Counted from the stretch's first letter, positions 9,928 through 22,580 are shown. The stretch is 41,160 bases of DNA from Octopus bimaculoides (GCF_001194135.2 NC_068987.1:54169266-54210425); one strand, 5' to 3'. Numbers and translations are program-made. The notes: generated by a model from the letters alone, not told the origin.

Positions 9928-9981
9928 TTATTTCATTCTTTTACTTGTTTCAGTCATTTGACTGTGGCCATGCTGGGGCGC
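9928..9981 (-). mobile_element. SINE family A extreme 3' tail
   Basis: TTCTTTTACTTGTTTCAGTCATTTGACTGTGGCCATGCTGG. Confidence 0.7.
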
Positions 9982-10034
9982 ACACACACGCACACACACG
10001 CGCACACACACACGCGCGCACACAGACACACACA

Positions 10035-10073
<39 letters not shown>

Positions 10074-10189
10074 CGTTAGCGATGTATATGTTACACCCGA
10101 AGACTTAAATAAACCGGACGCGTACCTTCCCTTCCAATTCCATTCACTGTATCATTGAGACACACCTTTATACGTCAGAAACCCCCTCC

Positions 10190-11170
10190 TCCGCATCATC
10201 ATCATCATCATCGTCGTCATCACCACCACCACCACCACCATCAGCATCACCAACAGCAATAACAACAACGGCAAATTTACCATCAGTTTTGGAACCTCTG
10301 TGTGGTTGACTGACCTGTTAGAAAAAACGATTAAACTATACGTTACTAATTTTAATTAAGGGATGGGAGCATTTGGTACCCTAAAGGAAAAGTCGACCGC
10401 GGCTGGAATGACAAGACTGACTTTAATTATAACAAAAGCAACAACCACCACCCCCACTACCATCCTCTGCCACCAAATTCTGAGTTCAACCCCCCCCCCA
10501 GTAGTTCACCATTACAACCAACCTCACCACTACTACTACTGGATCTTTAGCATCATCATCTCCACACCATCGCCGCCACCACCAATATCGTCATCGTCGT
10601 CGTTGTCATCATTATCATCATCGTCATAATCGTTCCCGGAGTCATCACCGCTGCCGCCGCCACCACCATCACCACCAATACCGCCACCACAACAACAAAA
10701 ACACTACCACCAACACCACTAGCACAGCAACACATTTAAGCAGTTCCATCAACAACAGTAATCATCACCCCACCCCCACCCCTCCAGTATATTTATTATC
10801 CAAATCTCCATCTCCCAACTCCACCGCCATTATTATCAGTTAAAACTGCCACCTCCAGCCGACTCCCTTCAGCCTCCCTCATTGTTGTTCGAGATATTGA
10901 AATAGTAACAAGTAGTCCCTGCATTTTCACACGTGTTATGTGTATGAGAGTAGGACATCAGCATCATCGTCATCATCATCATCATCATCATCATCATTAT
11001 TACCACCACCATCATGAACAGCAACAACAAAAATAGCAACAAAAACCACATCCGTTATATTTTTCTAGTATTAGTATAGTAGCGGTGGTTGTGATTGTGG
11101 TGCAGATGCCGGTGGTATTGGTGGTGGTGGTGGTGGTGGTAGTGGTTTTGGCGGCGATGACGGCGATAAA
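10190..11170. repeat. Degenerate trinucleotide field (CAT/CAC/CAA, switching to GGT at ~11080)
   Basis: Direct observation; it generates the poly-T/P/S/M ORFs in the track. Confidence 0.9.
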
Positions 11171-11868
11171 AGTACGGCTGACGAACGTTAAATTTAGCGC
11201 AGTTACTTAAGCTTCTTTTTCTAAAAGTATTTCGACTCGACTTTATTACCTTTATATTCTGAGATAAAAAAAAAAAAAAAAAAAGCTCCGCAATTCGTAT
11301 TCCAATATAAAATGCAAAAACTTCAGTCAGGAAGATTCATGCGTAATTGGGAAAGACACTTGTGTCCAAAGTCATATAATAGTGACTTATGGCGTAGGCC
11401 GAACTAATAATAAAGGAATAAATGAATATATCGTGTAATATATCTTGTAAATGAATATATATGTACATTATAGATAACTTTACGGTTATTCATTGAAGAC
11501 CTTAGCTGTGGGGATTGACATGGTGTAAAAACATCTTGTCTTTTTAAGTAAGCAGAAAAACAATTTCGCGTCTTCTTACAGGTCTTCATCGGGATAACTA
11601 TACCGCATTAGAGAAGGACCTTTATTCTTTGGTCTACTCGAAGTACTTTGAATCTAAATATACATACACAGGCATACTGGCACACACAAACACACAAATA
11701 TACATACACACACACACATACACACAACACGTCAAACATGCGTACATGCAAACCAGGACAGCTGCTAATGTTATACTCCGAAATGATATTGGTATATATA
11801 TATATATTTAAATATAGATAGATAGATAGATAGATAGATAGANNNNNNNNNNAGATAGATAGATAGAT

Positions 11869-12397
11869 ATGTTTCTTTATTAGCCACACAGGGCTGAACA
11901 CACAGGGGACAAATTACAATGAAGAGCTTTTCTTTTTGGGTAGAAAAAAAAAGGCGGGGTAGGTTTTCGATCAAAAGGGATTAAAAAACACGATCAATAG
12001 GGATCGTGTATCACAGAAATATCATGATGTAAAATGTAAAGGAGGAAACAGATAAGGTTTATCCGTGGAAAGAAAAGCCTACGGAAAAGGCCATGGTAAC
12101 CTCGGTCAATAATGTCACATGTTAGCACATTTATTTGCAAGTAAGTAACTCTCTGTTTTAAATTTTCCGGGTTCATAGGATCATGTTCAAGGTAGCTTCC
12201 TCATTCATGCGTGCCATCCTTGCTATATTCACTCATCTTTTTTTGAAACATTCACTAGACAAAACTTGCCTCTCTACTCTCACTTTCCTTTTCAAGTGAT
12301 ACTTGAAAAAGTTGATGAGAGATTGACCAGAGAGGAAAGTGTCTGTCTCTAAACCTTTCAGACGCGTCCACCAGATACATTATTTTGCCATAGCCAC
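11869..12397 (-). mobile_element. 5'-truncated Tx1-like LINE inserted in (GATA)n
   Basis: 12250-12397 aligns with the ORF2 end of 27960-28085 (TTTCAAGTGA.ACTTGAAAAA, CGTCCACCAGATA). The 3' end reads AATAAAGAAACAT then (ATCT)n. (GATA)n lies at 11814-11868 and 12398-12463. Confidence 0.78.
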
Positions 12398-12464
<67 letters not shown>

Positions 12465-12499
12465 AGACAATATTTACATTCTCAAGTAGTTTTCTTTCT

Positions 12500-13530
12500 T
12501 TGAAGATTAATTTATACCATCGTAGTTCAATTTGTATCGATTTTACTCTTTTGAAGTAGCGTAGATCAGGCCCATACCGTACGCTGATACTGTATGAATT
12601 CATAAGAGCTCATCAGCAATGGAAACGGCAAGAGATATTTATTCTGTCTATGGAAATGAAGATGTCTTGGTTAGTTTCTTCTGAATTTTTTTTTACTCTC
12701 ACAGATTACTTTCGCTCAGTACAATCAAGTTCTATCAATATCGAGATTCTGAAAACCGTAGTTATAAAAATCGGAAGCAAACAGCAGGATAATTAGCAAA
12801 ACAGTTCTATTCAAATCACTTATCAATCATAAAACACCTTCATGAACGAGGAAAAGTATCTACGTAAACTTTGTCAGTTTACGTCGACTGCTTCTCAGCT
12901 TCTCATAAAAGTATAAACTTACTACCAAATTATTCGAAGTAGAAACATCACAAGTAACGATAAATGGATTTTCTACAGCCTTGTCCAACAAAAATGTCAA
13001 TAGTTAGCACCAAAAGAAAATTAGAATCCATCTTCAAAACAGGACTACGCCCTCACAAAAGTCATGCTCTGTGTTTGATGGTCTATAAAGGGTGTCGTCT
13101 ATGGCGAGAGCAGAAAGTACTGTCGCCAATTGCAAGCATTGCACAAAATATGCTGAAAAAGCTCCACCATTGATCAATAGCAAAGAGCAGAACCAAATAT
13201 TGCCCAAATTACTCAGGAATAGATTATCGCACTAGATATTGCAATTTTTCCTTATTTTCTTTATTCTCCCGACCTAGCACCATCTTACTATCATCTTTTC
13301 AAATCATAGCAGCCTTATTTATAAGGAAGCGGTATATAAATTTATGGAGGGGTTAAAAATGATATTGCTTCTTTGCTTCAAATCTTGAAGAACTTTAAAG
13401 CCAGAAACTGATAGCATTATGTTGTCAATAATGAAATGTTATCTTGATTAACTATATCAATTAAGGACGAAGAAGCCCGTTTCTTTCCTATTTTGAAATG
13501 CGACAGAAGTTTCTTTCCAAGCTAACATAT
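12500..13530 (+). mobile_element. Degenerate mariner transposon
   Basis: Fragmented motifs ITSNDKWIFY, KVMLCV, YSPDLAPSYYHLF, and a right-end TIR-like AAATGCGACAGAAGTTTCTTTCCAAGCTAACATA. Confidence 0.8.
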
Positions 13531-14063
13531 AGTAACGTGTATGCAATAGAATGGTAAAAAGAAATAGCATTATAATATATATATACGTGTGTTAGCATAT
13601 GTGTGTGTCTGCGCGCGCGTGTGGGGGGGAGTACATAAATGCATACATACATAAATAAATCCATACATGCGTACATAAATACATACATACAGACATATCT
13701 AACGTAAGGTATTACAAAATATGTTTGTTTTTTTTTCATATATATGAGTATAATTTATTGTTGCCATTTATCTATATGGTATATTTTTTTTATCATGGGT
13801 TCAGCTAATTTCCAGTTTGCTCCCAGTTAATAAATACCACCAGTAGATTGATTAATATGTGCTTCATAGTATTCGTGTGTCTAGTTACTGAATATGTATC
13901 TTATTTTGAATATGTGTGTGTGTGTGTGTGTGCGTGCGTGCGTGTGTGTGTGTGTGTCTGTGTGTGTATGTGTCTATATATATATATATATATATAAATA
14001 TATAACTATATATATATATACACAGAGAGAGAAAGTGACATACATACATATACATATATACAT

Positions 14064-14106
<43 letters not shown>

Positions 14107-14768
14107 NNNNNNNNNNNNNNNNNNNNNNNNNNNNNNNNNNNNNNNNNNNNNNNNNNNNNNNNNNNNNNNNNNNNNNNNNNNNNNNNNNNNNNNNNNNNNN
14201 NNNNNNNNNNNNNNNNNNNNNNNNNNNNNNNNNNNNNNNNNNNNNNNNNNNNNNNNNNNNNNNNNNNNNNNNNNNNNNNNNNNNNNNNNNNNNNNNNNNN
14301 NNNNNNNNNNNNNNNNNNNNNNNNNNNNNNNNNNNNNNNNNNNNNNNNNNNNNNNNNNNNNNNNNNNNNNNNNNNNNNNNNNNNNNNNNNNNNNNNNNNN
14401 NNNNNNNNNNNNNNNNNNNNNNNNNNNNNNNNNNNNNNNNNNNNNNNNNNNNNNNNNNNNNNNNNNNNNNNNNNNNNNNNNNNNNNNNNNNNNNNNNNNN
14501 NNNNNNNNNNNNNNNNNNNNNNNNNNNNNNNNNNNNNNNNNNNNNNNNNNNNNNNNNNNNNNNNNNNNTATATATATATATATATATGTATGTATATATA
14601 TACATATACACACACACATACACACACATATATAGCCATTTAAGCACCAAACATCTTTGCTGAAACTTGTCCTCGTTTTGTCCTTTTACTGTACTCAAAT
14701 CCTAATATATACATACACACACACATACATAAATGCATATATACATACATAAACCAACCACTGATTGG

Positions 14769-14800
<32 letters not shown>

Positions 14801-15448
14801 CATACATATATATGTTATGTAATTCATTTTATTGGAGTTGAAAAGACCTCACAGAATGATACTCTGTGTTTCAAGTAACAGATCATCAGACAGCCGGGAG
14901 TGTCTAAAACAATTCTGTAATTTATAAGTATTTATAAACGGTGCAGCAAATTTTATTTTTGTAATATTAACTCATCGAATAATCATTTAGAGCTGATTGG
15001 ATAATGGCATTATTACTATTCAAAATAACAGGAATCTGTGTACATATATATATGTGCGTATTGGTGGCGGTGGGGGTTACATATGTGTATATGTATGTTG
15101 CTACATACACATATGTACGTTAACATATTTATGCGTGCTTATGTGCGAAAAAAGGTGTAGGAAAGTAAGTAGAGCGATACATGGGTAGGTTATCAGGCAA
15201 GGTAGTTTGGGGATAAAATTACCTGTGTAACATGAATCTCGATTCGGTATCACATTACTAATCATCATCACCATCATCAACACCATCAATACCATCAACA
15301 CCAACATCAACAGCTAACTCCATGCATCACATGACCAGTAACCAACCATTGATTGGCATAATTACTTTTACGGTAAATCGCGTTTCACTCCCCTCAGGAG
15401 TTTCTCGATCGCTTCTCTATATGCGTATGTTTGGGTACGTGTGTAAAT

Positions 15449-15450
15449 GA

Positions 15451-15539
<89 letters not shown>

Positions 15540-15790
15540 CGCATGTGTGTCTGTGTGTGCGTATGTCCATGCGCATGTCTCTGTGTGTTTGTGAGTGTAT
15601 GAGTGTATGAGTGTATGTGTGAGTGCTCGTGTGTGCGTATGTGCGCGCGCACGTGAGTGTGTGTGCGTGTGTGTGTGTATGGGCATGTATGCTAGTGCGT
15701 ACGTATTTGTGCGCACGCATGTCTGTGTCTGTGCGTGAGAGTTTGTGTGCGAGTGCGTGTGTCTGTGTGTATGTATGCGTATGTACGCAC
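15449..15790. repeat. (TG)n and degenerate TG/CG repeat
   Basis: Direct observation. Confidence 0.93.
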
Positions 15791-16002
15791 TACTACCCAC
15801 AGAGGGGACAAACAAGGACAGACAAACGGATTAAGTCGATTACATCGACCCCCAGTGCGTAACTGGTACTTATTTAATCGACCCCGAAAGGATGAAAGGC
15901 AAAGTCAACCTCGGTGGAATTTGAACTCAGAGCGTAGCGGCAGACGAAATACCGCTAAGCATTCCGCCCGGCGTGCTAACGTTTCTGCCAGCTCGCCGCC
16001 TT
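15790..16002 (-). mobile_element. SINE family B, well preserved
   Basis: Minus strand AAGGCGGCGAGCTGGCAGAAACGTTAGCACGCCGGGCGG...GAGTTCAAATTCC (B-box-like), then GAGGTTGACTTTGCCTTTCATCCTTTCGGGGTCGA. A second copy lies at 24555-24742. Confidence 0.85.
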
Positions 16003-16119
16003 AAGTGCGCACGCATGTGTGCGTGTGAGTGTGTGTGTGTGTGTGTGTGTATGTGTGAATATGTACGCTAGTGCGTGTGTATGTTCCTCCCATTAATATC
16101 CGTATTTCCTGTTGAGGTA

Positions 16120-16370
16120 GTGGTGGAGTGGTGGCGATGGTGGTGGTGTGGTGGCGATGGTGGTGGAGCTGTGGCGATGGCGATCGTGATAATGATGGTG
16201 GTGGTGGTGGTGGTGGTAGTTGTTGTGGCTGTGATGATGATGCTAGTGCTATTACTGTTGATAGGGTCGTTTTGTCGTTGCTGCTGCTGCTGCTGCTTGT
16301 AGTGTTGATGGTGGTGGTTATGGTGGTAGTCGTCATCATCGTAGACGTTATCATTGTTATGAAAGTTGTA
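16120..16370. repeat. Degenerate (GGT)/(GAT)/(GCT) trinucleotide field
   Basis: Direct observation. Confidence 0.9.
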
Positions 16371-16544
16371 GGGAGCTCTCAGCATGCATCAGCTGACTAA
16401 AGAACGCAGCAGCTATTGCGTGAGGGCACTAGTTCTGGGTAATCAGAATGCTCTTGAATCTGTGGAATTCCTTGACTGGCCCTAAGTACCTGTTCCCTTA
16501 ATGAAACCTCGCATTCCATCTCTTTTCATTACTGTTATTTTCCA

Positions 16545-16763
16545 TACCTGTTTTCCCTCGAAGCAAACAGGCGAAAAAGGCTGTGTGGTAGACGAGGCTG
16601 AAGGGATTCAGGGTGGTCACCTCCCGTTTCGATCAAACCCTCATCGACTTTTTCTTGTTTCACTTAGAAAGGAAAGTGGTAGTGGACAGGGAAGTGCTCT
16701 GCCTCAGTGAACTTGTCAAAAAGGAGGTTTGATAGTGATGAAAACAGGGTTGGGTGAATGGAC
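16545..16763 (+). mobile_element. Tx1-like ORF2 C-terminal fragment
   Basis: Reads AKKAVW*TRLKGFR...LIDFFLFHLERKVVVDREVL, matching AKEVIWWTRLKG...FIDFF of 27960-28478. It is followed by (TCTR)n. Confidence 0.7.
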
Positions 16764-16853
16764 CTGTCTGTCTGTTTGTCTATCTCTCTACCTATCTGTC
16801 TATCTATCTACCTATTTGTCTGTCTGTCTATCTGTTTATCTATCTAGTTAGCT

Positions 16854-16927
<74 letters not shown>
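16764..16927. repeat. (TCTG/TCTA)n directly followed by its complement (GATA)n
   Basis: Strand switch at ~16847-16855. Confidence 0.92.
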
Positions 16928-16928
<1 letters not shown>

Positions 16929-17832
16929 TTCACAGCCGTCATTCACAAGCTTAACAAGTACCATGCTTTCGTTCATTGCTGTAGGTGCTTCGGTTGTCAC
17001 AAGCAAACATAGACACACTTTCAGAACGTCCAACCTTGACTCACTGAAACATTCAGGGTGTAATAGGTGAAGGAAGAGGAGGTGACATCATCCCTCAGCT
17101 GAATAGTCTAATAGTTCCTCATAATTCTGACGGCAGCGTGTATATTTCTGCTTATGATAATATTATTATACAACCATTATTAATTTATCACACAATCTAT
17201 TTTGGAACATTGAAACTATTTCTTTCCGTTTAAAGAAATGCCTCAGGTCTGAAAGGGTTAATTAATGAACTTAAAATAAATATAAATTTCCATTAGAAGT
17301 ATAAATTAACAATTTCTAAAACAAACTAATTACTCGCCTAGTAAAACAGTCCAAACAGAGAGAACCAGCGATGTTCTGCGTCAGCAAAAATAATCTTTAT
17401 TTAAATTGAATAGAAGGATGTGGCAGTAATTCTTTTGTTTCAAGGTTTCGCAACGGCGGGTTTCAGCTTGCTTTGTTTTTTGTCCGTCTTCACTTCGACA
17501 ATGATGTTATTTCCTTTCACTTTCGTCTATTTCTCAATGATTTCCTGACAAAAATCTAAACAAAAATTTTAGTAACGATGATTGTTATATGTCTTAAATA
17601 AAAATTCAGAAAAAAATGTTGGTTATAAATAGTAAGAGTTTTGCGATTATCATTGCTCCGAGCGATAAAAATCACACAACAAATTTCAGATTCATATGAT
17701 ATAATGCTTGCAGGAAATAATTTTTTGCTGGCGGGCGTTAAAATCTAAAGGACTGCAAAGTCTTGGCAGATATACACTCGTGTGTATGTGTGTGTGTATG
17801 CATGTATATATTTATAAACATGTATATTTATA

Positions 17833-17990
17833 TGATTGTGGGGTAAGAAGATTGTAACCCGACCACATGATTCCGGTTTCAATATCACTACGTGGCATCT
17901 TGGGCAGGTGTCTTCTACCGTAGCCTCGGGTTGACCAAAGCCGTGTAAGTAGATTTGGTAGACAGAAACTGAAAGAAACACGTCATATGT
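17833..17990 (+). mobile_element. SINE family A head/body, followed by (TG)n and a gap
   Basis: GGTAAGAAG...ACCACATGATTCCGGTTTCA...GGCATCTTGGGCAGGTGTCTTCTAC...GATTTGGTAGACAGAAACTGAAAGAA. Confidence 0.82.
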
Positions 17991-18012
17991 GTTAGTGTGT
18001 GTGCGTGTGTGT

Positions 18013-18063
<51 letters not shown>

Positions 18064-18473
18064 NNNNNNNNNNNNNNNNNNNNNNNNNNNNNNNNNNNNN
18101 NNNNNNNNNNNNNNNNNNNNNNNNNNNNNNNNNNNNNNNNNNNNNNNNNNNNNNNNNNNNNNNNNNNNNNNNNNNNNNNNNNNNNNNNNNNNNNNNNNNN
18201 NNNNNNNNNNNNNNNNNNNNNNNNNNNNNNNNNNNNNNNNNNNNNNNNNNNNNNNNNNNNNNNNNNNNNNNNNNNNNNNNNNNNNNNNNNNNNNNNNNNN
18301 NNNNNNNNNNNNNNNNNNNNNNNNNNNNNNNNNNNNNNNNNNNNNNNNNNNNNNNNNNNNNNNNNNNNNNNNNNNNNNNNNNNNNNNNNNNNNNNNNNNN
18401 NNNNNNNNNNNNNNNNNNNNNNNNNNNNNNNNNNNNNNNNNNNNNNNNNNNNNNNNNNNNNNNNNNNNNNNNN

Positions 18474-18556
<83 letters not shown>

Positions 18557-18963
18557 CGAGCATATATATACATATATATATATATATATTGCTTATATGT
18601 CAAAGGCGTTATAATTTAATTCCCGTTTCACTAAAACACACACACGTGTTTGTGAATGTATATGTATATGTATAAGCCTGTAATACAGAGTCTTCGAAAA
18701 TGTAGACATCATACATGCAGAGGGTGACAAATCCTTAAAATAATTTCACAGAGAGTTTAAGGCTCATCGGCTGCCTTCAACCTGGATACGGCGCTGCACG
18801 CGACTACTGTTCGCAGAGATGCAGGCGAGAGCCTGCTGTTTGCAGCATTGGCAGACGAACTGTTCTGAAAAGAAATAGACGAGATCCAAAACAAATAGCT
18901 GCCCTCCTTTCCTGACGCCACAGCCCTCGACAATGTAGTGAATTATTCGTTGGTTTGTACAAA

Positions 18964-18996
<33 letters not shown>

Positions 18997-19084
18997 TATC
19001 TTCATCATCACCGAGGATATGCAAGAGAGATGGACAAAATAGTTCATCCAACATTATCAACATTATCAACATTATCGTTGGGCT

Positions 19085-20105
19085 TTCTATAGAGTTTGTA
19101 AATATTCTTATTCAAATCTAAAGATACATCTAGGAAACTGACAATAGATACCAACCTGACGGTTGTCAATTTCCTAAATTATCTTTAGATTTAAATAAGA
19201 ATATTTACAAACCCTATAGAAATCCCAACGATAGATTTAGCTATATTAATGTAGGTTCCTGCCATCCCACCATAGTGTTTAAGAATTTAGATAAAAACAT
19301 TAGCAAGAGAATTTCTAACCTCTCCTCCGATATAAACATTTTTAACAGTGTTGCCCCAATGTATAATAAATCTCTAAAAGATAGTTGCTTTAGCGAGAAA
19401 ATAACCTCTACACCTGCTATTAGTCCAGAAATAAAGAAAGGGAAAAATAGGAATAGGAAAATTATGTAGTTCACACCACCTTACTCCCCCGAAGTGACCT
19501 TTAATATAGGTAGATATTTCTTATCACTTATAGATAGGCATATTCCAATCAATCATAATTATAGGAAGCTCTTTAATAGGCATAACCTAAAAATTAGTTT
19601 TAGTTCTACTACTAACTTTAAAAATATAATTGCACACAACACGCAAAACAACAAAATGAAACCAGCTGTTCCTGCAGAGTTAAAAGCTTGTGCCCGCTAA
19701 ATGGTGCTTGTATGATCGAGGCCATCAGTTTTGAAGCCACCGTAGACTCTACAACCTCTAAGGACATAGTTTCGTCAAAGAAATATATGTGTCTCACAGA
19801 GGTAAATTTTAAAACCAGGTTCAACAATCACACCTTAAGATTCAGACACTGGGATAAAAGGAAAGCAGCCAAATTATGCAGTTATATATGGTCCTTAAAA
19901 GAAAAGGTGTCAGTTATAAGATTCACTGGAAGATCTTGGCCAAGTGTAAGCCTTACACCAACGGCAGTAGAAAGTGTGGTCTTTGCGATATGGAAATATG
20001 GTGCTTCTGGAAAAGTTCTTTAAAACCCGCTACATGTCTAAATTCAAGAACTGAACTTTTTGTGTCATGTCCACATATGACAAAACATTTGTTACATTTT
20101 TGGAC
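19085..20105 (+). mobile_element. Penelope-like element relic: RT thumb plus C-terminal GIY-YIG endonuclease
   Basis: TNLTVVNFL, YKPYRNPND, SCHP, FTPPYS...IGRYFLSLIDRH, CPLNGAC, KYMCLTEVNFKTRFNNH, YIWSLK, CGLC, LNSRTEL..CPH; several frameshifts and stops. Confidence 0.92.
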
Positions 20106-21464
20106 CTCACAAGATCACAGATAGAACCTGGTTTTTATATTATGTCCACGTACAAGCCTTTCATATGTCATAACATTTCTTATATATTTCTTATATATAT
20201 TTTATGGCTTTATATATTTTTTTCTGTATATTATCTTTCACCCTTTATAATTTTGTAACTATATATGCGTGTAGTATATATCAAGTGTGTATTGCGTACA
20301 TATATACATGTGTACGAATGATTGTATATATATGAGTGCAAGACTCTATCTGTTGTACTTGTCTCCTTCCTTCATACATATATGTATGTATATACGTTTA
20401 TATATCTGCAGGTGTAGATGTGTTTGACAGACAGGAGGGTGCATTTGTGTACATACATATATAACTCATTTGTATATTCAAGTTCTGCGGCGAATGTGAA
20501 TGTTTTATGGTTTATGTTTTTACGTGTATTTTTATTTGTATATACGTCTATCCGCGTATGTATGTGCCTGTACGTATAGAGATGTGTATATCAACATAAT
20601 GATGCGTACATGGGTATATATACGTGTGTATGTGCGTGTATGCGTGTATTGTATGTATGTTTACATATGTATAGACATATATATGTGTGTGTATGTGTGT
20701 GTTCCTATATATATATATATATATATATATNNNNNNNNNNNNNNNNNNNNNNNNNNNNNNNNNNNNNNNNNNNNNNNNNNNNNNNNNNNNNNNNNNNNNN
20801 NNNNNNNNNNNNNNNNNNNNNNNNNNNNNNNNNNNNNNNNNNNNNNNNNNNNNNNNNNNNNNNNNNNNNNNNNNNNNNNNNNNNNNNNNNNNNNNNNNNN
20901 NNNNNNNNNNNNNNNNNNNNNNNNNNNNNNNNNNNNNNNNNNNNNNNNNNNNNNNNNNNNNNNNNNNNNNNNNNNNNNNNNNNNNNNNNNNNNNNNNNNN
21001 NNNNNNNNNNNNNNNNNNNNNNNNNNNNNNNNNNNNNNNNNNNNNNNNNNNNNNNNNNNNNNNNNNNNNNNNNNNNNNNNNNNNNNNNNNNNNNNNNNNN
21101 NNNNNNNNNNNNNNNNNNNNNNNNNNNNNNNNNNNNNNNNNNNNNNNNNNNNNNNNNNNNNNNNNNNNNNNNNNNNNNNNNNNNNNNNNNNNNNNNNNNN
21201 NNNNNNNNNNNNNNNNNNNNNNNNNNNNNNNNNNNNNNNNNNNNNNNNNNNNNNNNNNNNNNNNNNNNNNNNNNNNNNNNNNNNNNNNNNNNNNNNNNNN
21301 NNNNNNNNNNNNNNNNNNNNNNNNNNNNNNNNNNNNNNNNNNNNNNNNNNNNNNNNNNNNNNNNNNNNNNNNNNNNNNNNNNNNNNNNNNNNNNNNNNNN
21401 NNNNNNNNNNNNNNNNNNNNNNNNNNNNNNNNNNNNNNNNNNNNNNNNNNNNNNNNNNNNGAAT

Positions 21465-21815
21465 ATATTGTCATCTAAATTACGCAAAATGAAAATAATA
21501 CTGACATCTCATTTTAACAGATATATTTACCAAAATTACATAACAATATCTTGAAACACTAAAGAGTAAATCTATTTAATAAAATCGCCATTGGCTTCAA
21601 CCATGGCCTCCAAACTACTTCAGAATCTCCTGCAACTCTTCTGAACAGAATAATCAAGGGGGTTGCAGTCTGGTGGGGTTAGGTGGCCTGGTGTTAGGGG
21701 TGATGCTGTCGCAGAAATTGTCTGGCAGCCATGACTCGGTTCACCTGCTTGTGTGCCATGGTGCAGAGTCCTGTTGAAGGTTGGCTTTCTGTTTTCGGAT
21801 GTCCTGGAGCCATAC
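21465..21815 (-). mobile_element. Tc1/mariner-superfamily transposase C-terminal relic and end
   Basis: Minus strand QQDSAPWHTSR*TESWL...PPNP/PDCNPLDY...LEAMVEANGDFIK*. Confidence 0.75.
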
Positions 21816-22290
21816 TTAGTGCATGTTGTTAATACGTCCAGGAATGCTAGTTGATTGTCTTTTTTCCTTTTCCATTATGAGCTGTATGGATGACTTTATT
21901 GAGTTCACATGATCTAACAGTACTTGGACATCTTCCTGGTGGGGCCAGAGTGTAAAGGTGTCATCTACATATCGCAGCCATAGGGTTGGTTTTAGTGGTG
22001 TTGAATCTAAAGCCAAATTCTCAAAGTATTCCACGAATATATTGGCTATTATCGGTGATAATGGCGAACCCATAGCTAAACCCTCTTCCTATTCATACAT
22101 ATCAGTGTCCATTCTGAAGTAGGTAGTTTCTAGACAGAAGGTCAACATTTCCATCACTTGTTCAATTCCCCAGTGCTAGGAGAAACTCTGTATCTCTGAC
22201 AAAAGTGTGTTGAGGCAATGAAAGACCTCTCAATACAATTGTGTCAAGGATACAACACACTTGTATGTTTACGTCGTATCTCGATCCACT
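21816..22290 (-). mobile_element. Penelope-type reverse transcriptase fragment, a different lineage from 19085
   Basis: GLAMGSPLSPIIANIFVEYFE...WLRYVDDTF...HVNSIKSSIQLIMEKE. Confidence 0.92.
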
Positions 22291-22423
22291 TGATCTAAGG
22301 ACAGGGTGTTTCCTTCACTTATTTAATACGGTAATATGTAATAATTGGGAAATTTGGTTACTATTTCTAACAACAAATCGAGCGACAAAGCTGAAGTCCA
22401 TTCGCTGGATTATTATAATAGAA

Positions 22424-22495
22424 TGTTGTTGTTGTTGTTGTTGCTGCTGCTGCTGCTGTTGTTGTTGCTGTTGTTGTTGTTGTTGTTGTTGTTGG

Positions 22496-22541
<46 letters not shown>

Positions 22542-22580
22542 AACTGTTAGTCGTTCGCGTCGTCGTCGTTACTATTGTTG
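22424..22580. repeat. (GTT)n/(GCT)n microsatellite
   Basis: Direct observation. Confidence 0.97.

Noticed and set aside
14844-14890. Minus-strand CTGATGA...GAAA followed by a CACAGA/TCTGTG hairpin
   Set aside because: No stem II, no U-H cleavage site directly after stem III, and no stem I.
6007-21554. Long ORFs of 150-380 aa containing X runs
   Set aside because: They are open only because they cross assembly gaps.
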